Of a DNA stretch of 64,000 nt, positions 54,775-63,067 are shown piece after piece; position 1 is the first letter of the stretch; each line of letters starts with the position of its first letter. A program made the translations under genes and the position numbers. Below the pieces are notes generated by a model. The model saw nothing but the letters and a program-made list of their open reading frames with translations, was not told the origin of the DNA and did no database searches. Origin of the DNA: Candidatus Omnitrophota bacterium (lineage in GTDB: Bacteria; Omnitrophota; Gorgyraeia; Gygaellales; Profunditerraquicolaceae); assembly GCA_043809145.1 (NCBI GenBank), contig JAZDED010000014.1, positions 1,695 through 65,694 of the forward strand, written 5' to 3'.

Positions 54775-54821
54775 TCCAAATTTACTCCACTAGCTATAGT
54801 ATAATTGCTGGCTAGGGGAGT
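54775..54821 (-). repeat. 47-nt repeat unit, copy 1 (hairpin-forming)
   Basis: TCCAAATTTACTCCACTAGCTATAGTATAATTGCTGGCTAGGGGAGT, identical to 54944..54990. Internal arms ACTCCACTAGC/GCTAGGGGAGT pair at 10 of 11 positions. Confidence 0.9.
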
Positions 54822-54873
54822 CAGTTGTTTAGCCGCGACAACAGCACAATATCTTTGCCCAACTTAATCTGTA

Positions 54874-54920
54874 TCCAATTTTACTCAGCTAACCATAATC
54901 TAATCATTGGCTATCGGAGT
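54874..54920 (-). repeat. 47-nt repeat unit, copy 2 (diverged)
   Basis: TCCAATTTTACTCAGCTAACCATAATCTAATCATTGGCTATCGGAGT. Same length and same ends (TCCAA.TTTACTC ... GGAGT), with partial retention of the pairing. Confidence 0.7.
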
Positions 54921-54943
54921 TAAATTATCTTTATTTTCTTATA

Positions 54944-54990
54944 TCCAAATTTACTCCACTAGCTATAGTATAATTGCTGGCTAGGGGAGT
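54944..54990 (-). repeat. 47-nt repeat unit, copy 3
   Basis: Identical to copy 1. The similarity continues 5 nt further with 1 mismatch. Confidence 0.9.
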
Positions 54991-55003
54991 TAGTTAATAA
55001 TAT

Positions 55004-56011
55004 TTACCCCTGTTTCTCTTCTTTTAAGTATTTGGCTGCCATTTCCGGCGGGGTTGGTACAAGGTAAAAACCTGTTCCCCATTCAAAACCTGCAACGCGG
55101 GTAAGCTTAGGCATAAATTCAATATGCCAATGATAACCCTCTACATTCTGGTCACCGTTTATCGGCGAGGTGTGAATCATAAAATTATACGCGGGATTAC
55201 CAAATACTTTTTTCACCCTGGAAATAACCTCTTTTATAATCAACGCCAAATCAGGAACCTCTTCGCTGGGCATTTGACTGAAATATCCGTTGTGCTTTTT
55301 TGGAATTATCCAGATTTCAAATGGAAACCTGGAAACAAAGGGGCAAAAAGCCAGAAAGTGTTTATTTTCAAATACTATCCTCTCCTTTTCCTGAAGTTCC
55401 TGCCGGATAATATCGCAAAAAATGCATCTTTCGCGAAAATCAAAATAATTACGGGCTCCGTTTAATTCCTCTTTTACATTTTTAGGCACCATGGGAAGTG
55501 CTACTAGCTGTGTATGGGGATGTTCCAGAGAAGCTCCGGCAGCCGGCCCAAAATTTTTAAAGATGAGTATATATTTAAAACGCTTATCCCGCCGTAAATC
55601 CAAAATCCTGTTGCAAAGTGTAGTAATTACGTTGGCAATCTCATGATTTTCTAAATCCGATATATCTTTAGTGTGGTAAGGCGAATCTATAATTACTTCA
55701 TGCGCTCCGACTCCGTTAGAAAGGTCGTATATACCCAGGCCTCTCCTATCAATATCTCCTTCAACCTGCAAAGCCGGAAATTTATTGGAAACGACCCTTA
55801 CATGCCAACCCGGAGTATTGGCAGCAGTACCAGGTTCGCGTATAGCAATAATCTCCGGAGGGGTCTGCGACTCATTTCCGTAACAGAAAGGACAGTTAGC
55901 CTGCCCCTTCCAGATCGTTGGTTCATGCTCGTAATCTTCCGGTTTATTGGGATGGTCTGTATCTACGATGATCCAACGCCCAGCTATAGGGTCTCTTCTT
56001 AATTCAGACAT
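55004..56011 (-). CDS. GalT-family (HIT-like) hexose-1-phosphate nucleotidyltransferase, catalytic motif intact
   Basis: 335 aa. CPFC zinc motif, VSNKFPAL, and the active-site motif LEHPHTQLVA (H-x-H-x-Q; encoded around 55514..55522). Confidence 0.8.
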   Translation of the reverse strand: MSELRRDPIAGRWIIVDTDHPNKPEDYEHEPTIWKGQANCPFCYGNESQTPPEIIAIREPGTAANTPGWHVRVVSNKFPALQVEGDIDRRGLGIYDLSNGVGAHEVIIDSPYHTKDISDLENHEIANVITTLCNRILDLRRDKRFKYILIFKNFGPAAGASLEHPHTQLVALPMVPKNVKEELNGARNYFDFRERCIFCDIIRQELQEKERIVFENKHFLAFCPFVSRFPFEIWIIPKKHNGYFSQMPSEEVPDLALIIKEVISRVKKVFGNPAYNFMIHTSPINGDQNVEGYHWHIEFMPKLTRVAGFEWGTGFYLVPTPPEMAAKYLKEEKQG

Positions 56012-56066
56012 TGAACGAACTCCTCGTAATTTATCATATATGTGAGATCAGCTAACAGGCTTACGT

Positions 56067-57113
56067 TCACTTTGTTCCGTAAGTTTTGGCTTCATCTACC
56101 TCGCGCAAGAAACCGGCTGCATTCTCCGGAGGCATCGGGCAGATATAAAAACCAGTGCCCCATTCAAACCCGGCAACGCGGGTCAGGCGCGGTGTTATTT
56201 CAATATGCCAGTGATAATCTTCCTCAATAGTCTTCCAATAACCCAGTTTCTGCCTCCTAAAAGGAGCAGTATGAATGATAAAATTATACGGCGGGTCATT
56301 TAAGCCAACCTTTAACTTCTGTAAAACCTGTTTTAAAATCTTAGCTAACTCGGCACGCTGCGCCGGATCCTGCCGAACAAAATCACAACTATGTTTTTTT
56401 GGCAGAATCCACACTTCAAAAGGAAACCTAGAAGCAAAGGGAGCAATAGCAATAAAGCCGTCTATTTCCAGAATAAGCCTGTCTTTGGAAGCTAATTCCT
56501 GTTTTATAAGATCGCAGAAAATACACCTTTCATGATAATCGTAATAATGCCGGGCGCCAACCAACTCCTCCTTGACCCGCTTTGGGTTAACAGGAGTGGC
56601 GATGATCTGTGTACGAGCATGTTTTACCCTTCCGCCTCCCGCAGTCCAGCCGTAATTCTTAAAAACTAAAACATACTTAAAGCGCTGGTCTCTTTCCAAG
56701 TCATTGATCCTGTCAATATAACACCCTATAACTCTAGCTATCTGTTCCGGGCTTAAATCACAGATATTGGCAATATGCTGATTGGCCTCTATCACAATTT
56801 CATGCGCCCCGACACCATTCATCATATCGTAGAGCCCTTTTCCCGTGCGGTCCAGCTCTCCTTCTATCCTTAAGAATGGGGTTTGATTGGGAACAACCCT
56901 TAGTTCCCACCCAGGCGTATTAGCCGCAGTATTATTCGGCCGTATAGAATATATCTCTGGCGGGGTCTGAGATTCCTTGCCTTCACAAAAGGGACAGGGT
57001 TTTTCTTCCGGGCCTTGCGCAGAAGAAATGGCAAACTGATCCGGCCTTCTTGCTCGCTCAGTCGCTATAATAACCCATCTTCCTATAACAGGGTCTTTCC
57101 TTAATTCCGGCAT
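56067..57113 (-). CDS. GalT-family paralog with degenerate active-site motif (H-A-R instead of H-P-H)
   Basis: 348 aa and colinear with the neighbouring paralog. It carries VKHARTQIIA (encoded around 56613..56621) and VPNQTPFL in place of VSNKFPAL. Confidence 0.75.
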   Translation of the reverse strand: MPELRKDPVIGRWVIIATERARRPDQFAISSAQGPEEKPCPFCEGKESQTPPEIYSIRPNNTAANTPGWELRVVPNQTPFLRIEGELDRTGKGLYDMMNGVGAHEIVIEANQHIANICDLSPEQIARVIGCYIDRINDLERDQRFKYVLVFKNYGWTAGGGRVKHARTQIIATPVNPKRVKEELVGARHYYDYHERCIFCDLIKQELASKDRLILEIDGFIAIAPFASRFPFEVWILPKKHSCDFVRQDPAQRAELAKILKQVLQKLKVGLNDPPYNFIIHTAPFRRQKLGYWKTIEEDYHWHIEITPRLTRVAGFEWGTGFYICPMPPENAAGFLREVDEAKTYGTK

Positions 57114-57191
57114 AATTATTCCTATTCGTATTAAATCTTATTAAAAACAAATAACAGAAAGTTATTGTAACATAATAAAACTTTGTTGCAA

Positions 57192-58136
57192 CTACTTTTT
57201 ACCCAAAATTTCACCCGGTGATATTTTATGGCCGGAAATAAACTCTTGAGCCGACATTACGCGCTTACCTTCAGGCTGCAACTGTAAAATGACTAATGCG
57301 CCGCTGCCTGTATTAACAACTAACCCTTCCTTAGATATATCCAATACTTCTCCGGGTAAAACATCTTGTTTTTGATAAAGAGCATCAGAAACACTAGCCT
57401 TGTATATCTTTAATAACTTTCCTTTATAATATGTAAATGCCCCGGGCCAGCCGGCAACTCCGCGCACTAGATTAAAAACCTGCCTGCTTTTTGCTGACCA
57501 GTTGATCTGGCCATTACCCTTTTTTATTTTGGGAGCAAAACTTACTTTTTGACTATCTTGCTCTATCAGCTTATGATTGTTTAAACTCAAATCTTCAATT
57601 ACATCTAAAAGCAATTCTGCTCCGAGCCGGGACAATCTTTGCTCCAACTGCAGCGCGTCCTCATCAGCACTAATTACAGTCTTTTTTTGGGAAATTATTG
57701 GCCCGGCATCCATCTCTCTGGTCATTTTAATTACGCTTACGCCAGTAACCTCTTCTCCGTTAATCATTGCCCAATTAATGGGTGCTGCGCCTCTATATAT
57801 AGGTAAAAGCGACGCGTGAAGGTTAATGGATAATATCTTAGGCAGCTCTAATAATTCCTGTGATAAGAACTTACCGTAGGCTATAACCACAAACAGGTCT
57901 GGCTTAATTTTGCCAAGCAATTCAACCGCTTCTTGAGAGTTAACATCCTGCGGCTGATAGATTTTAAGTTTTCTGTTTTGAGCAACTAACTTGACCGGCA
58001 TGGGCTTAAAATGCATACCCCTATCCTTTTTCCTGTCAGGCCGGGTGACTACGCAAGATACAGTATGGCCTTTATCCAGAATGGCTTCTAGTGAGGGAAC
58101 CGCAAATTGTGAACTTCCGAAAAAAATAATATTCAC
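57192..58136 (-). CDS. fmt: methionyl-tRNA formyltransferase
   Basis: Start placed at the GTG at 58136 (VNIIFFGSSQFAVPSL), giving a typical ~314-aa Fmt. The track ORF extends to a TTG at 58211 through a hairpin-rich spacer. HASLLPIYRGAAPI is present. Confidence 0.9.
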   Translation of the reverse strand: MNIIFFGSSQFAVPSLEAILDKGHTVSCVVTRPDRKKDRGMHFKPMPVKLVAQNRKLKIYQPQDVNSQEAVELLGKIKPDLFVVIAYGKFLSQELLELPKILSINLHASLLPIYRGAAPINWAMINGEEVTGVSVIKMTREMDAGPIISQKKTVISADEDALQLEQRLSRLGAELLLDVIEDLSLNNHKLIEQDSQKVSFAPKIKKGNGQINWSAKSRQVFNLVRGVAGWPGAFTYYKGKLLKIYKASVSDALYQKQDVLPGEVLDISKEGLVVNTGSGALVILQLQPEGKRVMSAQEFISGHKISPGEILGKK

Positions 58137-58217
58137 ATTAGTTCGTAGTTCATAGCTCGTCGTTCTTAGTTTAAATATACATCTACGAACTAAGAACCAC
58201 AAACTATGCAACTCTTT

Positions 58218-60050
58218 TTATATTGGATCTATGTCTACAGTAACTATTATACCCGAATGCCGCAAATTTTTTAATTTGTTTTTTATAAATTTAGTAATCT
58301 CTCCTGCGCTGGATGAAGACAAAATTATCTGCCAATAATAATTACCTCTTAACTTAGGATGCACCCAGGGAGTCAAGGCAATGATTTTTAACGTACGTTT
58401 TTTATTTTCCTTTTGCAGCTTATTGTAGAAAATATTGCTAAATTCTTTTACCTTGGCCTCTTTTGGCGAACGCATTTTTATTACTCCGAAACGGGTAAAT
58501 GGAGGAAACTTAAGCTCACCTCTCTGCTTCAATTCCTCATCATAAAAAATACCGGGATCGTGTTTGCAAATAGCTGACAGGGCATGGTGCTTTACGGAAG
58601 TAGTTTGAATTACCAGGGTATTTTTAGCCAGGGCTAAAAGCCTGCTAAGAATCGAAAAAACCTTCTCCGAAGACCTGAAATCCGGCTGATTCAAAGTATT
58701 ATCTATTGATAACGCCCCAACCAGGTCAAATTTTAAACTTGGATGCTTTAAAACCCTCTGCGTGGCAATAAAAATATCCGCATCTTCTAAGTCAAATTCC
58801 GGTGATTCATCCAATATCTTTATTCTTGCCTGAGGGAATATCCGCGAAATCTCGCTCTCCAATTTCTGGATACCTTGCCCGGAATATTTAATATATCCGG
58901 CATTACAGCTGGGGCAAATCTTAGGAATAGGCTGCAATTTATAATTACAGTAGTGGCATCGTAACAGCACTTCCTTGAAATAAAACACCAGGTTAATATT
59001 ACAGCGCGGGCACTTCAAGCTTACCCCGCAGGACTGACAATGGACGTAGGTAGAAAAACCCTTACGATTCAAAAAAAGTAAAACCTTCTTATTTTCTTGA
59101 TTTAGACTTGAGTATAATAGATCCTCCAGATACCTGGAAATAATATTTTCTTTTTTATATTCCCGGGATGTATCGATTATCTTAACCTCAACATTATCAT
59201 TGGATTTTATATACTCGTATTCTAGCTCCCCCTTGCTTACTTTATACATCATCTCCAACCCCAAAGCAGTACTGCCTAAAATAATATCTGCTCCTTCCAG
59301 CTCGGCGCGCATAAAAGCAACCTCACGGGCATGGTAATGGGGCACCTGATCCTGTTTATAAACATAATCGTTTTCTTCTTCAATAATAATAAGCCCGAGG
59401 TTTGGTAAGGGAGAAAAAATAGCCGAACGCGTACCAACAACTATATCTACCTTACCTTCTTTTATTTTAAACCACTCCCCAAGTTCATCTCTTTGTTTTC
59501 GGTAAGAAACGCTGATACTACAAGTAAATTCTTTAGCCAGCCACTCCTTGACCTTTAACACCTCTTCCATGTCAGGCAAAAGCACAATAACTGACTCCGA
59601 ACGGCTCAAGGTATTTTTTATTTCAACCAGATATCTTTCCCAGCGCTTCTTAATGTCAGGAGAGTGAATTACGCGCTTTTTTGAATGGCTATGCGCTTTC
59701 GCAGGTTTACTAACATTGGGGATTGAGGTAGGTTTTGCTTTTCTTAAAACCTCCGGGAGCGCTATCTCAATCGCTTCGCCCCAGGAACAACAATAATAGA
59801 GAGCGATCTTCTTGGCTAAACTAATAATATCATTATCTAAAAGCGGATTTTCATCCAAGAGCCTCAAAATAGGCTTGATATTCTTAACATTACTCTTAGC
59901 AAAAAGAGTAACCACATAGCCTGTTTTTTTCTTAAAACCAAAACTTGCCTCTATGCGGGAGCCTATTTTAACTTTATTCTCTAACTCGGCAGGAATAAGA
60001 TAATCGAAAGCCCCATCTACCGGTAGGCCAAAAACTACTCCTGCATACAT
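58218..60050 (-). CDS. priA: primosomal protein N' (PriA) homolog with degenerate helicase ATPase motifs
   Basis: 610 aa. PriA N-terminal 3'-DNA-binding pattern (VVFGLPVDGAFDYLIP), the Cys4-Cys4 zinc region (CQSCG...CPRC...CHYC...CPSC) and the C-terminal domain are all present. The Walker A, DEAH and motif VI positions are non-canonical. Confidence 0.8.
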   Translation of the reverse strand: MYAGVVFGLPVDGAFDYLIPAELENKVKIGSRIEASFGFKKKTGYVVTLFAKSNVKNIKPILRLLDENPLLDNDIISLAKKIALYYCCSWGEAIEIALPEVLRKAKPTSIPNVSKPAKAHSHSKKRVIHSPDIKKRWERYLVEIKNTLSRSESVIVLLPDMEEVLKVKEWLAKEFTCSISVSYRKQRDELGEWFKIKEGKVDIVVGTRSAIFSPLPNLGLIIIEEENDYVYKQDQVPHYHAREVAFMRAELEGADIILGSTALGLEMMYKVSKGELEYEYIKSNDNVEVKIIDTSREYKKENIISRYLEDLLYSSLNQENKKVLLFLNRKGFSTYVHCQSCGVSLKCPRCNINLVFYFKEVLLRCHYCNYKLQPIPKICPSCNAGYIKYSGQGIQKLESEISRIFPQARIKILDESPEFDLEDADIFIATQRVLKHPSLKFDLVGALSIDNTLNQPDFRSSEKVFSILSRLLALAKNTLVIQTTSVKHHALSAICKHDPGIFYDEELKQRGELKFPPFTRFGVIKMRSPKEAKVKEFSNIFYNKLQKENKKRTLKIIALTPWVHPKLRGNYYWQIILSSSSAGEITKFIKNKLKNLRHSGIIVTVDIDPI

Positions 60051-61135
60051 AATTTATAAATCTCCTCAGCCGCATCCGGTTTGGCAACCAGAAATATCTT
60101 TTCTTTTTGCGCGCATAACTTTAAAGGATTGTTCCTGTAATCTAAGACCATACTCTTTACAGCCAAAGGGCTATCTGCAATCAAACCGATACCAAAATAA
60201 TCCATAGCCTTTATGTTAGCGGTCTCCTGGCCCGGGATAGGAGAAACAAAAACCGGAGCAAGTTGCTTAACCAAAAGCTCCGATATGCTTAAACCTCCGG
60301 GCTTAGTGACGATCAAATCGGAAACACTCATTAATTCTTCGATATTATTGACAAAACCGAATACCTTGACCGTTGAATAGCCCTTATTTTTTAACCTCTG
60401 GTAAAGTTTTTTGTTATTGGCGCAAACAGCCAAGACCTGCACCTGGTTATCCAATAAATCCACTGTCTCCTCTATGGGGCCTATGCCAAATGAACCGGTA
60501 ACAACTAATACCGTAAACTCCCGATGGTTTATTTCAAGCTTAGAAGCTAACTCCTGGCGAGATAGTTTTTTCTTGAATTTCCGGTCTATAGGAATACCGG
60601 AGACTTTAATCTGCCTTTGGTCCACAGCCCATTCCCTGATCAACACTTTTTTAGTATATTCCGAAGCCACGCAATAAATATCGCTTTTTCTGGTCAGCCA
60701 AAAAGGATGCACCCCAAAATCCGTAATTACCGTAATAAGGCTGGATTTAATACGCTTGTTTATTTTAAGTTGTGAGGCAATGTAAGGCGGCAGGAAATGG
60801 GTGGATATAATAAAATCTGGATTCTCCCGAATTAGATACCTGCTGAATCCTTTTGTGTTAAGGCTATTGACTACAAATTTTATCCCATTGACAATCCACC
60901 GCAAAGATTTCACACTGGTGACATCGAAAGATACAGCCCAGAGCCACTGCAGGTGTTTTACCAAAAATGTGTAAACTATTTTGTAATTTTCCTTGAAAAA
61001 CAGGCTGCAATAATCCAGCACATCCACCACGCGCACGTCTAACGCAGGGTTATGCTCTATAAAACATTTATGAATCGCTTCTGCAGCTTTTAAATGCCCT
61101 GCCCCTGCGGAAGCATAAACAATAATTATTTTCAT
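60035..61135 (-). CDS. MGDG-synthase/UgtP-like diacylglycerol glycosyltransferase (GT28-like)
   Basis: 366 aa. KIIIVYASAGAGHLKAAEAI N-terminus, with a C-terminal GT-B half (VTKPGGLSISE). Confidence 0.65.
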   Translation of the reverse strand: MKIIIVYASAGAGHLKAAEAIHKCFIEHNPALDVRVVDVLDYCSLFFKENYKIVYTFLVKHLQWLWAVSFDVTSVKSLRWIVNGIKFVVNSLNTKGFSRYLIRENPDFIISTHFLPPYIASQLKINKRIKSSLITVITDFGVHPFWLTRKSDIYCVASEYTKKVLIREWAVDQRQIKVSGIPIDRKFKKKLSRQELASKLEINHREFTVLVVTGSFGIGPIEETVDLLDNQVQVLAVCANNKKLYQRLKNKGYSTVKVFGFVNNIEELMSVSDLIVTKPGGLSISELLVKQLAPVFVSPIPGQETANIKAMDYFGIGLIADSPLAVKSMVLDYRNNPLKLCAQKEKIFLVAKPDAAEEIYKLCMQE

Positions 61136-61147
61136 CTTAGTTTAACG

Positions 61148-61185
61148 CGGATACACACCGATAAAATAACGGATAAACACAGATA
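61148..61185 (-). promoter_or_regulatory. phased (C/G/A)GATA repeat array upstream of the MGDG-synthase-like gene
   Basis: GATA cores begin at 61150, 61160, 61172 and 61182 (10-12 nt phasing), in the contexts CGGATA, CCGATA, CGGATA, CAGATA. Confidence 0.4.
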
Positions 61186-61252
61186 AATATACAATAACCA
61201 ACCCCAAATAAATACACGCAAATTCGTACAAAAAAATTAGAGCAGGATTAAT

Positions 61253-61852
61253 TTATCTTACTCTTCCCAATATTATATCTGAGGCCTGATATAAATCGCG
61301 AGCGGTGAAATCCGGTTTGATATCCCAGAAAGAGCTGTTTTTTGCTTTTTCTTTTCCGGAAAAAACCAGAATAGTCTTACATCCGGCATTCCTACCGGTC
61401 TGGACATCGCTTATGGTATCGCCAACAAAAAAAGCATTCTTTAATAAAGACCTGGGGATGCTGTGTTCTCCTAAGGCTTTTTTAAGTGATCCGGTTTTAG
61501 GTTTTCGGCAGGAACAGTCATCTTCCTTACGATGGACACAGTAATAAACCCCGTCTATCTTGACTTTGAATTTAGCTAAGGCCTCCAGCATCCTCGACGT
61601 AATTTTATCCAATTCCTGCTGAGGATACACTCCCTTGGTTACGCCTGCCTGATTAGAAACAATAAAAATTCGGCAGCCGGCCTTAGTCAATCTTACCAGG
61701 GCAATTTTTACCCGGGGTAAAAACCGGAACTCTTTTAAGGAAGTCACGTATTTTGTATCACCCGGATACCTATTAATAACACCATCCCGGTCCAGAAATA
61801 CTATTTTTTCCATTTTAATTGGTTTATTAGAAAAATTGCTTTTTATACACAT
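61253..61852 (-). CDS. gmhB: HAD-IIIA phosphatase, D,D-heptose 1,7-bisphosphate phosphatase (GmhB)-like
   Basis: 199 aa. FLDRDGVIN (DxDx nucleophile motif), VSNQ, and the zinc motif CVHRKEDDCSCRKP. The true start may be the internal MEKIVFLDRDG (61813). Confidence 0.7.
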   Translation of the reverse strand: MCIKSNFSNKPIKMEKIVFLDRDGVINRYPGDTKYVTSLKEFRFLPRVKIALVRLTKAGCRIFIVSNQAGVTKGVYPQQELDKITSRMLEALAKFKVKIDGVYYCVHRKEDDCSCRKPKTGSLKKALGEHSIPRSLLKNAFFVGDTISDVQTGRNAGCKTILVFSGKEKAKNSSFWDIKPDFTARDLYQASDIILGRVR

Positions 61853-61864
61853 ATTTTCACAGAT

Positions 61865-61904
61865 ACTATAACGGATATACGCGGATTATCAAAGATTTAT
61901 CCGT
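61865..61904 (-). promoter_or_regulatory. candidate promoter (TTGATA-N16-TATAGT) with CGGAT repeats in the spacer
   Basis: -10 at 61865..61870 and -35 at 61887..61892. CGGAT at 61872 and 61882 lie within the spacer. An inverted ATCCGT sits at 61899..61904. Confidence 0.45.
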
Positions 61905-61942
61905 GAATATCAGTGTCAAAACAAATCCTCAAGAATCCGTGC

Positions 61943-63061
61943 TTAAAAGAATTCTTTTACCGAAGCAACAATATAGTCGATTTGCTCTTTTGTTAAATCC
62001 GGATAAACTGGTATAGCCAAGGTTTCTATACAGGCTTTTTCAGTGTCCGGAAAATCACCCTTCTTATATCCCAGGTCGTCAAAACACTTTTGAAGATGTA
62101 AAGGTACAGGATAATAGACCCGGGAATCAATACCTTTGTCTACCAAATGCTTTGTCAGTTTATCACTTGGACCATTCATACGCAAAACATAGAGATGATA
62201 TATGTGCGTGGTATAACCAGGGACAAAGGGAGTTTTGACATCCAGGCCTTTAAAACTTTGATTAAAGCGCGCGGCTATCTCTGCCCTCTTTTTATTCCAG
62301 CCATCAAGATATTTTAATTTTACCTTTAATACCGCTGCCTGCAAAGTGTCCAGGCGATTATTAAATCCCAGCATAAGATGGTAATATTTCTCCATATTAC
62401 CCTGGTTTCTTAGTATCCGTAAGTTATCGGTTATTATTTGGTCATTAGTGAATACCATCCCGGCGTCGCCAAATGCCCCCAGGTTCTTTCCCGGAAAGAA
62501 GCTGGTAGTACCGCAATCAGCAATACCGCCTGCCATTCTGCCTTTATATTCGGCGCCAAATGCCTGCGCGTTATCTTCCGATACCTTTAAGTCGTATTTT
62601 TTGGCAATTTCTAAAACCTTATCCATATCCGCGCATTGACCGTATAAATGCACAGGGACTACTGCTTTAATCTTTAGCCTATCCTTATTTTTTCTTAAAG
62701 TTTGCTCTAGGCTTGAAGGAGATATATTATAGGTATCCGCTTCGATATCACAGAATACCGGCACTGCCCCAAGGCTGGCTATGGCTCCGGCAGTAGCATA
62801 GTAGGTAAAAGAAGGACAAACTACTCCTTCTCCCGGCTTAATCCCCATAGCTACCAAAGCTAACTTTATAGCGTCGGTGCCGTTACTGCAGCCGACAGCA
62901 TATTTTACCCCCAGGTATTTTTTTACCTCTTCCTCAAGTTCATTTACCTGCCTGCCCAAAATAAAATTAGTATTGTCAATAACCTCCTTGATCGCCGCGT
63001 CAATCTCAGCCCTCATAGGAGCTATTTGCTTCTTAAGGTCTAATATAGGTATCTTTTCCAT
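61943..63061 (-). CDS. DegT/DnrJ/EryC1/StrS family sugar aminotransferase
   Basis: 372 aa with the typical N-terminus (IPILDLKKQ...) and family blocks (SFFPGKNLGAFGDAG). Confidence 0.88.
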   Translation of the reverse strand: MEKIPILDLKKQIAPMRAEIDAAIKEVIDNTNFILGRQVNELEEEVKKYLGVKYAVGCSNGTDAIKLALVAMGIKPGEGVVCPSFTYYATAGAIASLGAVPVFCDIEADTYNISPSSLEQTLRKNKDRLKIKAVVPVHLYGQCADMDKVLEIAKKYDLKVSEDNAQAFGAEYKGRMAGGIADCGTTSFFPGKNLGAFGDAGMVFTNDQIITDNLRILRNQGNMEKYYHLMLGFNNRLDTLQAAVLKVKLKYLDGWNKKRAEIAARFNQSFKGLDVKTPFVPGYTTHIYHLYVLRMNGPSDKLTKHLVDKGIDSRVYYPVPLHLQKCFDDLGYKKGDFPDTEKACIETLAIPVYPDLTKEQIDYIVASVKEFF

Positions 63062-63067
63062 TGCAGT

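Noticed and set aside
58137-58211. N-terminal extension of Fmt from a TTG start (MHSLWFLVRRCIFKLRTTSYELRTN...).
   Set aside because: The extension is encoded by the hairpin-rich spacer and has no counterpart in Fmt proteins. The GTG at 58136 gives the canonical N-terminus (NIIFFGS...). Likewise the TTG-start extension of DapA (35703..35726) was dropped in favour of the SD-preceded ATG at 35702.
61896-61904. DnaA-box-like sequences (TTTATCCGT at 61896..61904 and 63895..63903, and inverted at about 61168..61178) near priA, hinting at an origin.
   Set aside because: They differ from TTATCCACA at the critical 3' positions. They sit inside ordinary promoter regions. There is no dnaA/dnaN context and no AT-rich unwinding element pattern. 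A transcription-factor motif is the better interpretation.
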